From: Chiloscyllium plagiosum
Lineage: Eukaryota
Reading direction: 5' to 3'
Assembly: GCF_004010195.1 (NCBI RefSeq)
Contig: NC_057728.1
Coordinates: 54,273,607 to 54,318,034 of the forward strand
DNA: 44,428 nucleotides
Shown: positions 13,464-25,010 of the stretch, in pieces
Layout of the letters: each line of letters opens with the position of its first letter
Position numbering within the stretch: the first letter of the stretch is position 1
Made by a program: the position numbers and the translations under genes
The notes under the pieces: model-generated
What the model was told of the DNA's origin: nothing
Database searches by the model: none
Seen by the model: the letters and a program-made list of their open reading frames with translations, nothing else

Positions 13464-14810
13464 TTAAAAACAATGACTGCAGATGCTGGAAACCAGATTC
13501 TAGATTAGTGGTGCTGGAAGAGCACAGCAGTTCAGGCAGCATCCGAGGAGCAGTAAAATCGACGTTTCAGGCAAAAGCCCTTCATCAGGAATAAAGGCAG
13601 AGNNNNNNNNNNNNNNNNNNNNNNNNNNNNNNNNNNNNNNNNNNNNNNNNNNNNNNNNNNNNNNNNNNNNNNNNNNNNNNNNNNNNNNNNNNNNNNNNNN
13701 NNNNNNNNNNNNNNNNNNNNNNNNNNNNNNNNNNNNNNNNNNNNNNNNNNNNNNNNNNNNNNNNNNNNNNNNNNNNNNNNNNNNNNNNNNNNNNNNNNNN
13801 NNNNNNNNNNNNNNNNNNNNNNNNNNNNNNNNNNNNNNNNNNNNNNNNNNNNNNNNNNNNNNNNNNNNNNNNNNNNNNNNNNNNNNNNNNNNNNNNNNNN
13901 NNNNNNNNNNNNNNNNNNNNNNNNNNNNNNNNNNNNNNNNNNNNNNNNNNNNNNNNNNNNNNNNNNNNNNNNNNNNNNNNNNNNNNNNNNNNNNNNNNNN
14001 NNNNNNNNNNNNNNNNNNNNNNNNNNNNNNNNNNNNNNNNNNNNNNNNNNNNNNNNNNNNNNNNNNNNNNNNNNNNNNNNNNNNNNNNNNNNNNNNNNNN
14101 NNNNNNNNNNNNNNNNNNNNNNNNNNNNNNNNNNNNNNNNNNNNNNNNNNNNNNNNNNNNNNNNNNNNNNNNNNNNNNNNNNNNNNNNNNNNNNNNNNNN
14201 NNNNNNNNNNNNNNNNNNNNNNNNNNNNNNNNNNNNNNNNNNNNNNNNNNNNNNNNNNNNNNNNNNNNNNNNNNNNNNNNNNNNNNNNNNNNNNNNNNNN
14301 NNNNNNNNNNNNNNNNNNNNNNNNNNNNNNNNNNNNNNNNNNNNNNNNNNNNNNNNNNNNNNNNNNNNNNNNNNNNNNNNNNNNNNNNNNNNNNNNNNNN
14401 NNNNNNNNNNNNNNNNNNNNNNNNNNNNNNNNNNNNNNNNNNNTTGGTGGGTTTGTAAAAAATGTCAGTGTCAAGTCGGTCGTCATTAATGGAGATGGAG
14501 AGGTCCAGGAAGGGGAGGGAGGTGTCAGAGATGGTCCAGGTAAATTTAAGGTCAGGGTGGTATGTGTTGGTGAAGTTGATGATTTGCTCAATCTCCTCGC
14601 GGGAGCACGAGGTGACACCAATGCAGTCATTAATGTAGCGGAGGAAGAGTGGGGAGTGGTGCCAGTGTAATTACGGAAGATTGACTGTTCTATGTAGCCA
14701 ACAAAGAGACAGGCATAGCTGGGGCCCATACGTGTGCCCATGGCTACCCCTTTGGTTTGGAGGAAGTGGGAGGATTCGAAGGAGAAATTGTTAAGGGTGA
14801 GGACCAGTTC
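13464..14810 (-). mobile_element. 5'-truncated Penelope-like element (RT, gap, pLTR with hammerhead)
   Basis: RT ELVLTLNNFSF...QTKGVAMGTRMGPSYACLFVG, a frameshift, then LFLRYINDCIG...FLDLSI...DIFYKPT. 10-bp TSD gaatttatag at 13454-13463 and 14811-14820. Confidence 0.92.
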
Positions 14811-15253
14811 GAATTTATAGGCAGAGAGATCAAACAATCATACAACTGGTGTGAGTGGAGAGTCGCATAATGAGTCTCTGCAGGTGACCAAGTGTGTTGG
14901 ACGGTGTGTGTAACGTGTCAACAACTGAATAACAAGCAAAGGGATGACCTATAATCCAGTTAAATGAGGCAGAGAGATAATTACAAACAATTAAAAATAA
15001 GGTGTAGTTGGAGACAAACTAAATTACTAGAATATATGATAGGTATAAGAGTTGCATGCTGAGGGTCTAACTAAAGTAATAAGTAATCCAAAACTGTACA
15101 AACTAATTAAGGTAGAGAAATCATAACAATTTATCAAGGTGATGGTGTCAGAACAGGGCAGTAAGGAAGATTTTACAGATACAGAACAGTGTGGTGGAGT
15201 CGCATAGTACGACATGAACCTAGGATTGCAGTTGAGGCTGTCTTCATGGGTAC

Positions 15254-15481
15254 TAAGTCTAGATTAGAGTGGTGCTGGAAAAGCACAGCAGGTCAGGCAG
15301 CATCCAAGGAGCAGGAAAATTGACATTTCGGGCAAAAGCCCTTCAGGACTCTTCCTGATGAAGGGCTTTTGCCCGAAACGTCGATTTTCCTGCTCCTCGG
15401 ATGCTGCCTGACCTGCTGTGCTTTTCCAGCACCTCTCTAATCTAGACTCTGGTTTCCAGCATCTGCAGTCCTTGTTTTTAC
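15254..15481. mobile_element. Non-coding palindromic PLE pLTR insertion
   Basis: Inverted arms of about 92-97 nt; 12-bp TSD cttcatgggtac at 15242-15253 and 15482-15493. Confidence 0.9.
15355..15382 (+). ncRNA. Minimal hammerhead ribozyme core (PLE type)
   Basis: CUGAUGA-A-GGGC(UUUU)GCCC-GAAAC-GUC. Activity not demonstrated; stem I is short. Confidence 0.75.
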
Positions 15482-16392
15482 CTTCATGGGTACACAGCTT
15501 GGCTAAAAGGTTTCTGCTGTGACTCTGCATTGTTGTGTGTCTCGAAGGCCCTCTTGAACAATGTTTACCCAAAGATTGGAGGCTAAATGTCCTTTGCAGC
15601 TGAAATGTTCCCCGACTGAGAGGGAACATTCCTGTTCGGTGATAGTTGCACAGTGTCCATTCATCCGTTGTCGTAGAGTCTGCATGGTCTCGCCAATATA
15701 CCATACCTCAGGACATCCTTGCCTATAGCGTATGAGATAAATAACATTGGCCAAGTCACACGAGTATATGCCATGTTCGCTGTGGGTGGTGTTCCCATGT
15801 TGATGACAGTATCCATGTTGGTGATCTGACATGGCTTGCAGAGGTTGCCATGGCAGGGTTGTGTGGTATTGTGGTTAATGTTGTCCTGAAGGCTAGATAG
15901 TTTGTGCGAACGAGGACTGTTTACGGTTTGGCGGTTGTTTGAAGGCAAAACATGGAGGCGGAGGGATGATCTTGGCTGGATACTCATCATCACTGATGAT
16001 GTGTTGAAGGCTGCGAAGAACACCGCAGTTTCTCTGTTCTGGGGGATTACTGGACAACAACAGGTAATCTACTGATCATATCCTGTGTCTGTCTTCTGAG
16101 AAGATCATTGCAGTTTTTTGCTGTGGCACATGGGATCCAGCGATTGATGAGTTGAGCATCATATCCTGCTGTGATGAGGGTGTGCTTTAAAATCTTTAAG
16201 TATCTGTCACATTGTTTATAGTAACATGTCATCAACTCACAATTACGAACCTCAATTATGGTTTAATTCATAAGCTTCTGGAATGTATCTGAGGCATTTT
16301 TTTTTAACTCAAGTGGCATCATATGACATTGTATTAACCCATTTGGAATGACAACATGGATATTTCTTTTGCCTTTGATGTTAATGGCACTA

Positions 16393-16510
16393 AGAGAAAG
16401 TGAGGACTGCAGATGCTGGAAATCAGAGTTAATGGAAAAGCACAGCCGGTGAGGCAGCATCCAAGGAGCAGGAGAATCGACATTTTGGGTGTAAGCCTTT
16501 CTTCAGGAAT
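16393..16510 (-). mobile_element. Solo PLE pLTR with degenerate hammerhead
   Basis: Homologous to 19100-19227; no TSD found. Confidence 0.8.
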
Positions 16511-16579
16511 CCTTACAAAATTCTCCCATTGTCCTTCCTCTAAATACAAGAATGCAGTGTTTCACTGTCCTAATATTTG

Positions 16580-16695
16580 TGATGTGGAGGTGCCAGTGTT
16601 GATCTGGGGTGGACAAGGTCAAATGTTTCACAACACTAGGTTATAGTCCAACAGGTTTATTTGAAGTCACAAGCTTTTGGAGCATTGCCCCTTCT
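16580..16695 (-). mobile_element. PLE pLTR fragment (family of 13381 and 23228)
   Basis: ggttatagtccaacaggtttatttgaagtcacaagctttt is shared with 13381-13420 and 23288-23330. Confidence 0.75.
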
Positions 16696-16764
16696 GTATT
16701 AGCTAGTTGGATAGTATGTGTTTTATCTTAAGAGCTGTCCAACACTTTTTTAAAAATATAAATA

Positions 16765-17770
16765 TACTGACATGTGGGACATTGGCATCAGCAATTATTT
16801 CTCACCTCTATATTTGCCTTTGAGCAGTGATGATGAACTGTCTACTTGAACTGCTGTAGACTATGTGCTAGAGGTTGACCCACAATGTCCTTCAGGAGGC
16901 AATTTCAGGATTTTGACCCAGAATCGGTGAAAGAACAGTAATATATTTCCAGGTCAGGTTGGTGAGTGACTTGCAGGGAACTTGCAGGTGCTGTGTTCCC
17001 ATGTATCTGCTGCCTTTATCCTTCCAGAGGGGAGTGACTGAGAGTTCGGAAGATCCTATCAAAGGATCTTTGCAGAATTTCTGCAGTGCATCTTGTAGAT
17101 GGCAAGCGCTGCTGTTGCTCAGCATCAGTGTGGAGGTAGTCAATGCTTGTGGATGTGGTGCCTACTAAGTGGCTTATTTTGGCTTGGATGGTGTCGAGCT
17201 TCTTGAGTGTTGTTGACAAGTGGGGAGTATTTCATCTCCTCACTTGAGCCTGTAGATGGTGAACAGGATGTGGGAAGTTAAGAGGTGAGTTACTCACTGC
17301 AGTATTCCCAGCTTCTGACCTGCTCTTGTAGGCACATGTCTTGTATGGCTAGTCCAGTATAGCTTCTGGTCAGTGGTATCCACCAGGGTGTTGATGGTGG
17401 AGGAATCAGTGATAATAATGAATGTCAAGGAACAATGTTAGATTGTCTCTTACTGGAGATGAACATTGCCTGGTATTTGTGTGGCAGGAATGTTACTTGC
17501 CACTAGTCAGACCAAGCCTGGATATTATTCCGGTCTTGTTGCATTTAGATACAGATGGTTTCGAAATCTGCGGAGTTAAGAATGATGCCGAACATTGTGC
17601 AATCATCAGTGAATATCCCACTTCCTACCTTATGATGTAGGGACAGTCATTAATGAAGTAGCTGAACGTGCTAGAGGCTAGGGCACTACTCTGAGGAATT
17701 CCTTCTGAGATGTTCTGAAGATGATTGACTTCCAACAACCACAACCATATTCCTATGTGCCAGTTTTGAC
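16765..17770 (-). mobile_element. CR1/L2-group LINE, 3' part
   Basis: TTLKKLDTIQAK motif; homologous to 42300-43610. Confidence 0.82.
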
Positions 17771-18387
17771 TATTGCTTCACTCTTATTGTCTCTGTCATA
17801 TTCTACTACTCTTACCTGACACACTTCTTCCCCCTTTCTTCTATCCTGGAATAATACCTTTTCAACATGTTTATGTGACTAACCAATGATTCTTCCTATG
17901 ACTAGTATTTACCAGGTAAGTCACTTATATAACAGTTATAACTACTTGGACTATTGAATTTCAATTTCAGATTTTAACGTTGCAAAAACAATAATACCAT
18001 CACTACTACTTCTGTTTGAAATGTTCTAGTTGCTGACTGTTGTCTGCCCAATCTTTTTCCTTGTGAAACTTTCAAATTCTCGCGTGAAACCTTACATGCT
18101 CCTATGTTTCTTTTGAAGAAAAATGGACATACATTCTAACATTGAGGATTTGTCTTTATTTGGTTTAAGAACTTCTCCCAAATTAATCTTAACAGAACAC
18201 ATGATAATAAATCACTTAAAATGGACTGAACCTGGTGGTTTCATTTGGCAAATACTAAGAAATCTAATTGGTCCCAATCCTATGGGTATTCTCGACTATA
18301 TGCCTTAATTGTGGTTTGAGATTCTAATCCCCAGAGCACCATGGTTTTTAGCTGATATGCGTTGACTTAATTGTTTTATACCCAACA

Positions 18388-18562
18388 AAAAAAAACTGTA
18401 GGCGGTGGAAATTGGAAACAAAAAAACATTGCTATAAAAACAGTGATCAAAGACCAGTCTAGTTCTGATGACAGTCACTGGACCTGAAACATTAACTCTG
18501 CTTTCTCTCCACTGACACTGCCAGACCTGCTGAGTTTTTCTAACAATTTCTGTTTTTGTTTT
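18388..18562. mobile_element. Old partially inverted PLE pLTR with hammerhead core (+, 18461-18497)
   Basis: agtt-CUGAUGA-...-GAAACAUU-aact (stem I agtt/aact). The left part is a degenerate inverted copy. Interrupts the Gypsy integrase. Confidence 0.7.
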
Positions 18563-19195
18563 ATGTCCAAACTGTTAATGATTTCCTGGAAAACCTTAGA
18601 ACATTGAGATTGTATCTCAATTGGTAGTCAATAACGAAGTAAAACTAAGTAAATCTTTCCACTACTACCCTAGCTGTATCTGTCATTAAAGTAATGACAT
18701 CTGGGAAGCAGGTTCACACATCCATAAATGTAAGGTTATACTGATCTGCTTTCCTTTTCAGTGGTGGTTCTGTACAATCTAAAACCTGACTAGTATGGGT
18801 ATCAAAGATGCTGGTTTTCCTACCACCTGATAAGATATAATATGTTTTACAGAGCTGTACTATGTCTTTTTGAAGTCTTGGCCTTATAAAATACATGTTT
18901 ATCAGTGCCTGGGTCTTCCATGTTCCTATGTGGTCTGCCAAAGGAATTTGATGTACTACTCACATCATCTCCTTATGAGATGTGGTGGTACCAATATTTG
19001 GTGAACAGTCTTCCATTCTTTGGGCACAGATCTGTGCAGATGTCTCCACTTCCTCATGAGATCCAACTTCTTAATACGGGAGCACTATTAAACTCCGAGG
19101 AGAAAGTGAGGACTGCAGATGCTAGAGATCAGAGCTGAAAATGTATTGCTGGAAAAGCGCAGCAGGTCAGGCAGCATCCAAGGAGCAGGAGAATT

Positions 19196-19223
19196 GACGT
19201 TTCGGGCATGAGCCCTTCTTCAG
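19196..19223 (-). ncRNA. Minimal hammerhead ribozyme core (PLE type)
   Basis: Reverse complement reads CUGAAGA-A-GGGC(UCAU)GCCC-GAAAC-GUC. Confidence 0.72.
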
Positions 19224-20380
19224 GAATGAGGAAAGTGTGTCCAGCAGGCTAAGATAAAAGATAGGGAGGAGGGACTTGGGGGAGGGGNNNNNNNNNNNNN
19301 NNNNNNNNNNNNNNNNNNNNNNNNNNNNNNNNNNNNNNNNNNNNNNNNNNNNNNNNNNNNNNNNNNNNNNNNNNNNNNNNNNNNNNNNNNNNNNNNNNNN
19401 NNNNNNNNNNNNNNNNNNNNNNNNNNNNNNNNNNNNNNNNNNNNNNNNNNNNNNNNNNNNNNNNNNNNNNNNNNNNNNNNNNNNNNNNNNNNNNNNNNNN
19501 NNNNNNNNNNNNNNNNNNNNNNNNNNNNNNNNNNNNNNNNNNNNNNNNNNNNNNNNNNNNNNNNNNNNNNNNNNNNNNNNNNNNNNNNNNNNNNNNNNNN
19601 NNNNNNNNNNNNNNNNNNNNNNNNNNNNNNNNNNNNNNNNNNNNNNNNNNNNNNNNNNNNNNNNNNNNNNNNNNNNNNNNNNNNNNNNNNNNNNNNNNNN
19701 NNNNNNNNNNNNNNNNNNNNNNNNNNNNNNNNNNNNNNNNNNNNNNNNNNNNNNNNNNNNNNNNNNNNNNNNNNNNNNNNNNNNNNNNNNNNNNNNNNNN
19801 NNNNNNNNNNNNNNNNNNNNNNNNNNNNNNNNNNNNNNNNNNNNNNNNNNNNNNNNNNNNNNNNNNNNNNNNNNNNNNNNNNNNNNNNNNNNNNNNNNNN
19901 NNNNNNNNNNNNNNNNNNNNNNNNNNNNNNNNNNNNNNNNNNNNNNNNNNNNNNNNNNNNNNNNNNNNNNNNNNNNNNNNNNNNNNNNNNNNNNNNNNNN
20001 NNNNNNNNNNNNNNNNNNNNNNNNNNNNNNNNNNNNNNNNNNNNNNNNNNNNNNNNNNNNNNNNNNNNNNNNNNNNNNNNNNNNNNNNNNNNNAAGAGCG
20101 CCTCATCTTCCGCCTAGGAACCCTCCAACCACAAGGGATGAACTCAGATTTCTCCAGTTTCCTCATTTCCCCTCCCCCCACCTTGTCTCAGTCAAATCCC
20201 TCGAACTCAGCACCACCTTCCTAACCTGCAATCTTCTTCCTGACCTCTCCGCCCCTATCCCCATTCCGGCCTATCACCCTCACCTTGACCTCCTTCCACC
20301 TATCGCATTTCCAATGCCCCTCCCCCAAGTCCCCCCTCCCTATCTTTTATCTTAGCCTGCTGGACACACTTTCGTCATTC

Positions 20381-20408
20381 CTGAAGAAGGGCTCATGCCC
20401 GAAACGTC
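20381..20408 (+). ncRNA. Minimal hammerhead ribozyme core (PLE type)
   Basis: CUGAAGA-A-GGGC(UCAU)GCCC-GAAAC-GUC. Confidence 0.72.
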
Positions 20409-20585
20409 GATTCTCCTGCTCCTTGGATGCTGCCTGACCTGTGCTTTTCCAGCAACACATTTTCAGCACTATTAAACTCCCTCAGCCTCAGCTTCGGTGT
20501 GAGCTGTCTATGTTAACTTTTTTTAAACTCTGGATTTACTTCCTAAGCATCAATAGCAAAGATATGCCAAACACCTTCAAATTTT

Positions 20586-20927
20586 GGGCGGCACAGTAGC
20601 ACAGTTGGGTGGCACGGTAGCACAGTGGTTAGCACTGCTGCTTCACAGCGCCAGAGACCCGGGTTCAATTCCCGCCTCAGGCGACTCTCTGTGTGGAGTT
20701 TGCACATTCTCCCCGTGTCTGCGTGGGTTTCCTCCGGGTGCTCCGGTTTCCTCCCACAATCCAAAAATGTGCAGGGGTTAGGTGAATTGGCCATGCTAAA
20801 TTGCCCGTAGTGTTAGGTGAAGGGGTAAATGTCGGAGAATGGGTCTGGGTGGGTTACGCTTCGGCGGGTCGGTGTGGACTTGTTGGGCCGAAGGGCCTGT
20901 TTCCACACTGTAAGTAATCTAATCTAA
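20586..20927 (+). mobile_element. HE1-type V-SINE with duplicated 5' head
   Basis: A/B-box head, V-domain and gtaagtaatctaatctaa tail; the first 20 nt occur twice. Confidence 0.93.
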
Positions 20928-21197
20928 AAAAAAAATTATCCTCATTCTCAAATAGAGTCTCAGCCACCTAATATTCTCTTTCATTAATGCCGTGACCTCT
21001 GGTGATGAACTTTGTTAGCCATTATTCTGGTCACTATGCATGATGGAAAAGTATTCTGAACCTATTCTGCAATTATTCCATCTCCTTTTAGCCTCAAGTG
21101 GACTTTCTATTGCCATAGGCAAGGTTGTAACCTTCACTCCTGAATCATTCCCAAAGGGTAAATCAACTCTGTCTGCAAATAATTACTTAAAATAAAT

Positions 21198-21501
21198 ATA
21201 GAATTCCTACAGTGTAGAAGCAGGCCATTAAGCCCATCAAGTCCACACCAACCCTCCAAAGAGCTTCCCATCCAGGCGCATTCCCCCACCCTATCCCTGT
21301 AACCCCACAATTACCATGGCCAATCCACCTAACCTGCACATCTTTGGACTGTGGGAGGAAACCGGAGCATCCAAAGGAAACCCACACAGATATGAGAAGA
21401 AGGTCAACTGCCTGTGTGGAGTTTGTACAAAGGGTAGAATGGAACCCAGGTCCCTGGTACTATGAGATAGCAGTGCTAATCACTGAGCCACCATGCTGCC
21501 C
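21198..21501 (-). mobile_element. HE1-type V-SINE (older)
   Basis: Homologous to 9668-9968. Confidence 0.88.
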
Positions 21502-22352
21502 TTACTTAACTAATTCAATTACTACTAGACTGGACAAAAATTCACAATGCACACTTTGTACAAAGTGACATTAATACAAGACAGAAGGAGAAATAAATAT
21601 TTTATATATGTATTTTTGTATAGTGTGAGCAAGGGTACAAGTTAGCAGGAAGAAAGTGAAATATAAAAACTTTGTAAAATAGAACAAGCTGTAAGAGTCC
21701 AGTTGAAGACAAAAAAGCAGGTTGATCCCATGAGGGCAGATCTCCTCACCTGTGTGATATTTGAAGAAAGGACATTCTGTAATACACCTTCAAATTTGCA
21801 AAGTTTTGGTAATGCCAAGAGAATAAAATTAATATTTCCATTTCAGCATATGAACTGGTTGTTGCTACTGTGCAGAGAATGTCTGCTTTCTTGAAATTCC
21901 AGGGAGTGTTTCAAGCCTAAATTGCAATTTGAGCCAATTAACTAATAAGAATTTTTAATTCTATCTCATAAATGTAATAATCACATTTTTAAAACCATTG
22001 GCTTTTGGGTCATTTGCTTGATTTTCAAATAGTAGGCTGCAAATGCAAGAATGAAACAAGTGGATTATCTAGAATTTGAGGAGGAATTGGACATTACATG
22101 GTAGTTTAACATCACGTCATAGATTATCAATTCTCAAACTGAGTTTATGTTGGATCATGTATTTACTTATATTGGTTACATTTGGAGTGAGACTGTGTTT
22201 AATGTTAAGTCTTCAAAAATGTGCAATTTAACGTGTCACAAGGGCGCATACCCTTCACCTACTACTTCAATTACTTAACCGTAGATAGTTGGTTCTACAT
22301 GTTTTACTACCTTCGGTATGATCTAATTAAATCAAAACTGCAATTCTGATCT

Positions 22353-22862
22353 CTCTGCTATAGGAAAGATGTTATGAAACTTCAAAGGGTTCAGAAAAGA
22401 TTTCCAAGGATGTTGCCAGAGTTAGAGGGTTTAAGCTAGAAGGAGAGGCAGAATAGGCTGGGGCAGCTTTCCCTGGAGTGATGGAGGCTGAGGGAGTGAC
22501 TTTATAGAGATTTATTAAATCATGAGGGGCATGGATAGGGTAGATAGTGAAGGTCTTTTCCCTGGGGTGGGAGAGTGCAAAACTAGAGGGCATAGTTTTA
22601 AGGTTAGAGGGAGAAGATTTAAAAGAGATCTAAGGGGCAGCTTTTTCATGTAGAGAGTGGTGCATGTATGGAATGAGCTGCCAGAGGAAATGGTGGAGGC
22701 TGATATAATTACAGCATTTAAAAGGCATCTGGATGGGTATATGAATAGAAAGAGTTTAGAGGAATATGGACCGAATGCTGGCAAATGGAACTCAATTTCT
22801 CTAGAATATCTGGTCAAGTTGGACCGAAAAGTCTGCTTCCGTGCTGTCCAACTCTATGACTT
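22353..22862 (+). mobile_element. CR1 3' fragment
   Basis: Homologous to 307-670; ends ctctatgact. Confidence 0.9.
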
Positions 22863-23055
22863 TGTTTTGGCACACCACTGTCGTCTTTGTTTAAGGATTT
22901 AGTATCTAATTCTAAAGTTTGCTGCAAAAGTAAGTATATTATCAAACTTCATTTGGATTTATTCAATTTATTTGTTCCCTAAAAATTTTGATTTTCTGAA
23001 GCAGCCTATGTCATTGGGTTGATTTTCCCCATTTCTAATCTTTGTAACTATGTAG

Positions 23056-23142
23056 ATAAATCCCAGGGGACACATAGTTGACATGCAATCATCTGATCCT
23101 CCAGTAGTGGACACTGGAATCGACTTTCTCTCTAAACACAAG
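23056..23142 (+). CDS. POC1B: POC1B coding exon (linker; equivalent to human exon 10)
   Basis: ctatgtag| acceptor and |gtgagc donor; 87 nt, phase 0. Translates INPRGHIVDMQSSDPPVVDTGIDFLSKHK, resembling POC1B INPKLEVIDLQISTPPVMD (recalled). Confidence 0.85.
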
Positions 23143-23227
23143 GTGAGCTTGTCATATAATATGACTATTTCATATCTTAAAGGGAAAATAAATCAGGTTC
23201 AAATGTTGTTACTACTTATGAAAATTA

Positions 23228-23545
23228 TGATTTGGAGGTGCTGTTGTTGGACTGGGGTGGACAAAGTTAAAAATCACACAACACCAGGTTATAGTCCAAC
23301 AGGTTTATTTAGAAACACTGGCTTTTGAGGCATTGCCTCTTCAGGTGGTTGTGGGACATGATCATACGACAGAATTTATAGCAAAAGGGTTACAGTGTCA
23401 TAGAGTTGTAATAATATATTAAACAACTTTAGGTAAAAATCTCATAACACCGGGTTATAGTTCTCAAACAAATTTAGATCAAGTCTTTCATCTTTTAGAA
23501 TGATATATGGCGGTTTAGGTTCTTTAATATGTAAATCCCAGAATT
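23228..23545 (-). mobile_element. PLE pLTR/3' UTR fragment, rearranged
   Basis: Homologous to 16580-16695; the aaaaatc.ca.aacacc.ggttatagt segment recurs at about 23435-23461. Confidence 0.7.
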
Positions 23546-23799
23546 ACATTGTGCGATTTTCATTTCTCAATTTTCATTCTCCTCCTTTGCACCACTCCAC
23601 CACCCCCAGACATCAACATAAAATACCATTTCTGAGCTATTCTCACTTCTGACGAATGGTCAGTAGACTCAAAAGCATTACTACTTTCTTTGTTCTTTCT
23701 ACAAATGCTGCGGGAACTGCCAAGTTTCTCCAACACTTCATTTATGTGCACGCACTCGATGTCTGTTTCAACTTAACAAAACCGGTGGCAGATATTAAA

Positions 23800-23930
23800 A
23801 ACCCAAAAAACTGCGGATGCTGTAAATCAGAAATAAAAACAGAAATTGCTGGAAAAGCTCAACAGGTCTGGCAGCATCTGTGAAGAGAAATGAGTTAACA
23901 TTTTGGGTTGAGTGACCCTTCCTCAGAACT
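23800..23930 (-). mobile_element. Solo PLE pLTR with degenerate hammerhead
   Basis: Reverse complement agtt-CUGAGGA-agggtcactcaaccc-AAAAUGUU-aact; same family as 18461-18562. A more degenerate + copy lies at about 23645-23740. Confidence 0.75.
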
Positions 23931-24302
23931 CAATCAGGTGACTGATATTTGCTGGTTCAATTCTCAGGGCTTTCCTATTTGAAATCTAAACGCAGCTTGG
24001 CAGATAAGTCAATCATCATTAAATATGGTCTTCTCTGTGACAACATCTTTGCTAATCAGAATCCACAAGCAAACCAATCAGTATTCTCCTCTCATGTAGT
24101 GTTAATGTTGACTTTCTCTCCATTGATTTTGAATTGACCTAATGAGCGCAGGCTGAAAAGCTTCAACAAAATGTCCTTTCTCAGCAATACACAATACTGT
24201 TAGGAAGAACTTGTTATCTATTGTAATACCACAACTTTCCCTGCAGAGGGCAATATTTGTGTCCATTTTGAAAACTACTTTGTGTATAGCTGGATTTGAG
24301 TA

Positions 24303-25010
24303 CTTTTTTATTCACTCGTGGGACGTGAAGATCACCTTCATTTATTACCCATCCCTTGAGAAGGTAGTGGTGAGCTCCGTTCTTGAACTGCTGCAGTCCA
24401 TGTGATGTAGGTCGATCTACAGTGCACTTAGGGATGGAATTCCAGCATTTTAACCCAGCAACAGTGATAGATTTCAAAGTCAGAAAGTGAATGGTTTGGA
24501 AGAGAACTTACAGACAGTGGTGATCCCAATACATGCTGCCCACGTCCTTCTAGATGTAAGTGGTTGTGGGTTTGAAAGGTACTGTCCAAGAATATCTGTG
24601 GCGCATCTTGTAAATAGTATACATTGCTGCTACTGAGTGTCAGTGATGGAGTAAATGGCTGCTTTATGGATGTGGTACCAATCAAGTGGGAGACTTTGCC
24701 CTGGATGATGTTAAGTCTCCTAAGTGTTGTTGGAGCTGCACTTTTCCAGATAAGTGGGGGGAGTATTCCGTCTCACTCCTGGATCGTGGTCAGGCTTTGG
24801 GCATTCGAGAGGTGAGTTACCTGCAGTATTTCTTAGCCTCTGACCTGCTCTTGTCGTGGGTAAGTCCATTTGAGGTCTAGTCAATGGTAACCCCCAGGAT
24901 GTTGATAATTGGGAGCAAGGAGGGAGGGGATTCAGTGATTGTAACATCATTGAATCTTATGGGGTAATGATTATATTGTCTATCTCCTACTGCAGATGGC
25001 AATTTCCAGG
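24303..25010 (-). mobile_element. CR1/L2-group LINE, 3' part
   Basis: Homologous to 12005-12750 and 42900-43610. Confidence 0.8.

Larger units (their letters stand above)
13381..16205 (-). mobile_element. Older Penelope-like element (RT thumb, GIY-YIG endonuclease, pLTR) hosting two younger insertions
   Basis: GIY-YIG YSCDLANVIYLI...WYIGETMQTLRQRMNGH (about 15650-15770); RT C-terminal remnant 16047-16205; degenerate hammerhead at about 13390-13426. Confidence 0.85.
19097..20464. mobile_element. Penelope-like insertion with inverted pLTRs, gap in the middle
   Basis: Left arm is the reverse complement of the right arm. + strand GIY-YIG C-terminus ERLIFRLGTLQPQGMNSDFS (from 20096). 16-bp direct repeat agcactattaaactcc at 19081-19096 and 20465-20480. 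Confidence 0.9.
16210..21190 (-). mobile_element. Decayed Gypsy LTR-retrotransposon pol with integrase upstream of RT (Gmr1-like), fragmented by later insertions
   Basis: On the - strand, 5' to 3': FPSCIVTR (about 21030-21055); LMRKW...HQILVPP, then ADHIGTWKTQ...KDIVQLCKT (integrase Zn finger, 18840-19060); LPIEIQS (core, 18607-18627); TRFSPF; HINMLKRYY (about 17850-17877); then RT pieces VPLT.KAKEIS, PNGL.Q..MP...NASDTFQKLMN and a VDD remnant (16210-16392). Confidence 0.8.

Noticed and set aside
13500..14837. 445-aa ORF
   Set aside because: Mostly N-gap read-through; the real part is a frameshifted Penelope RT with YIDD changed to YIND.
19249..20355. 310-aa and 359-aa ORFs on opposite strands
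   Set aside because: Artefacts of the N-gap 19288-20093 inside a Penelope insertion.
20607..20680. tRNA-like sequences at HE1 heads
   Set aside because: They continue into the SINE V-domain and LINE-derived tail, so they are not tRNA genes.
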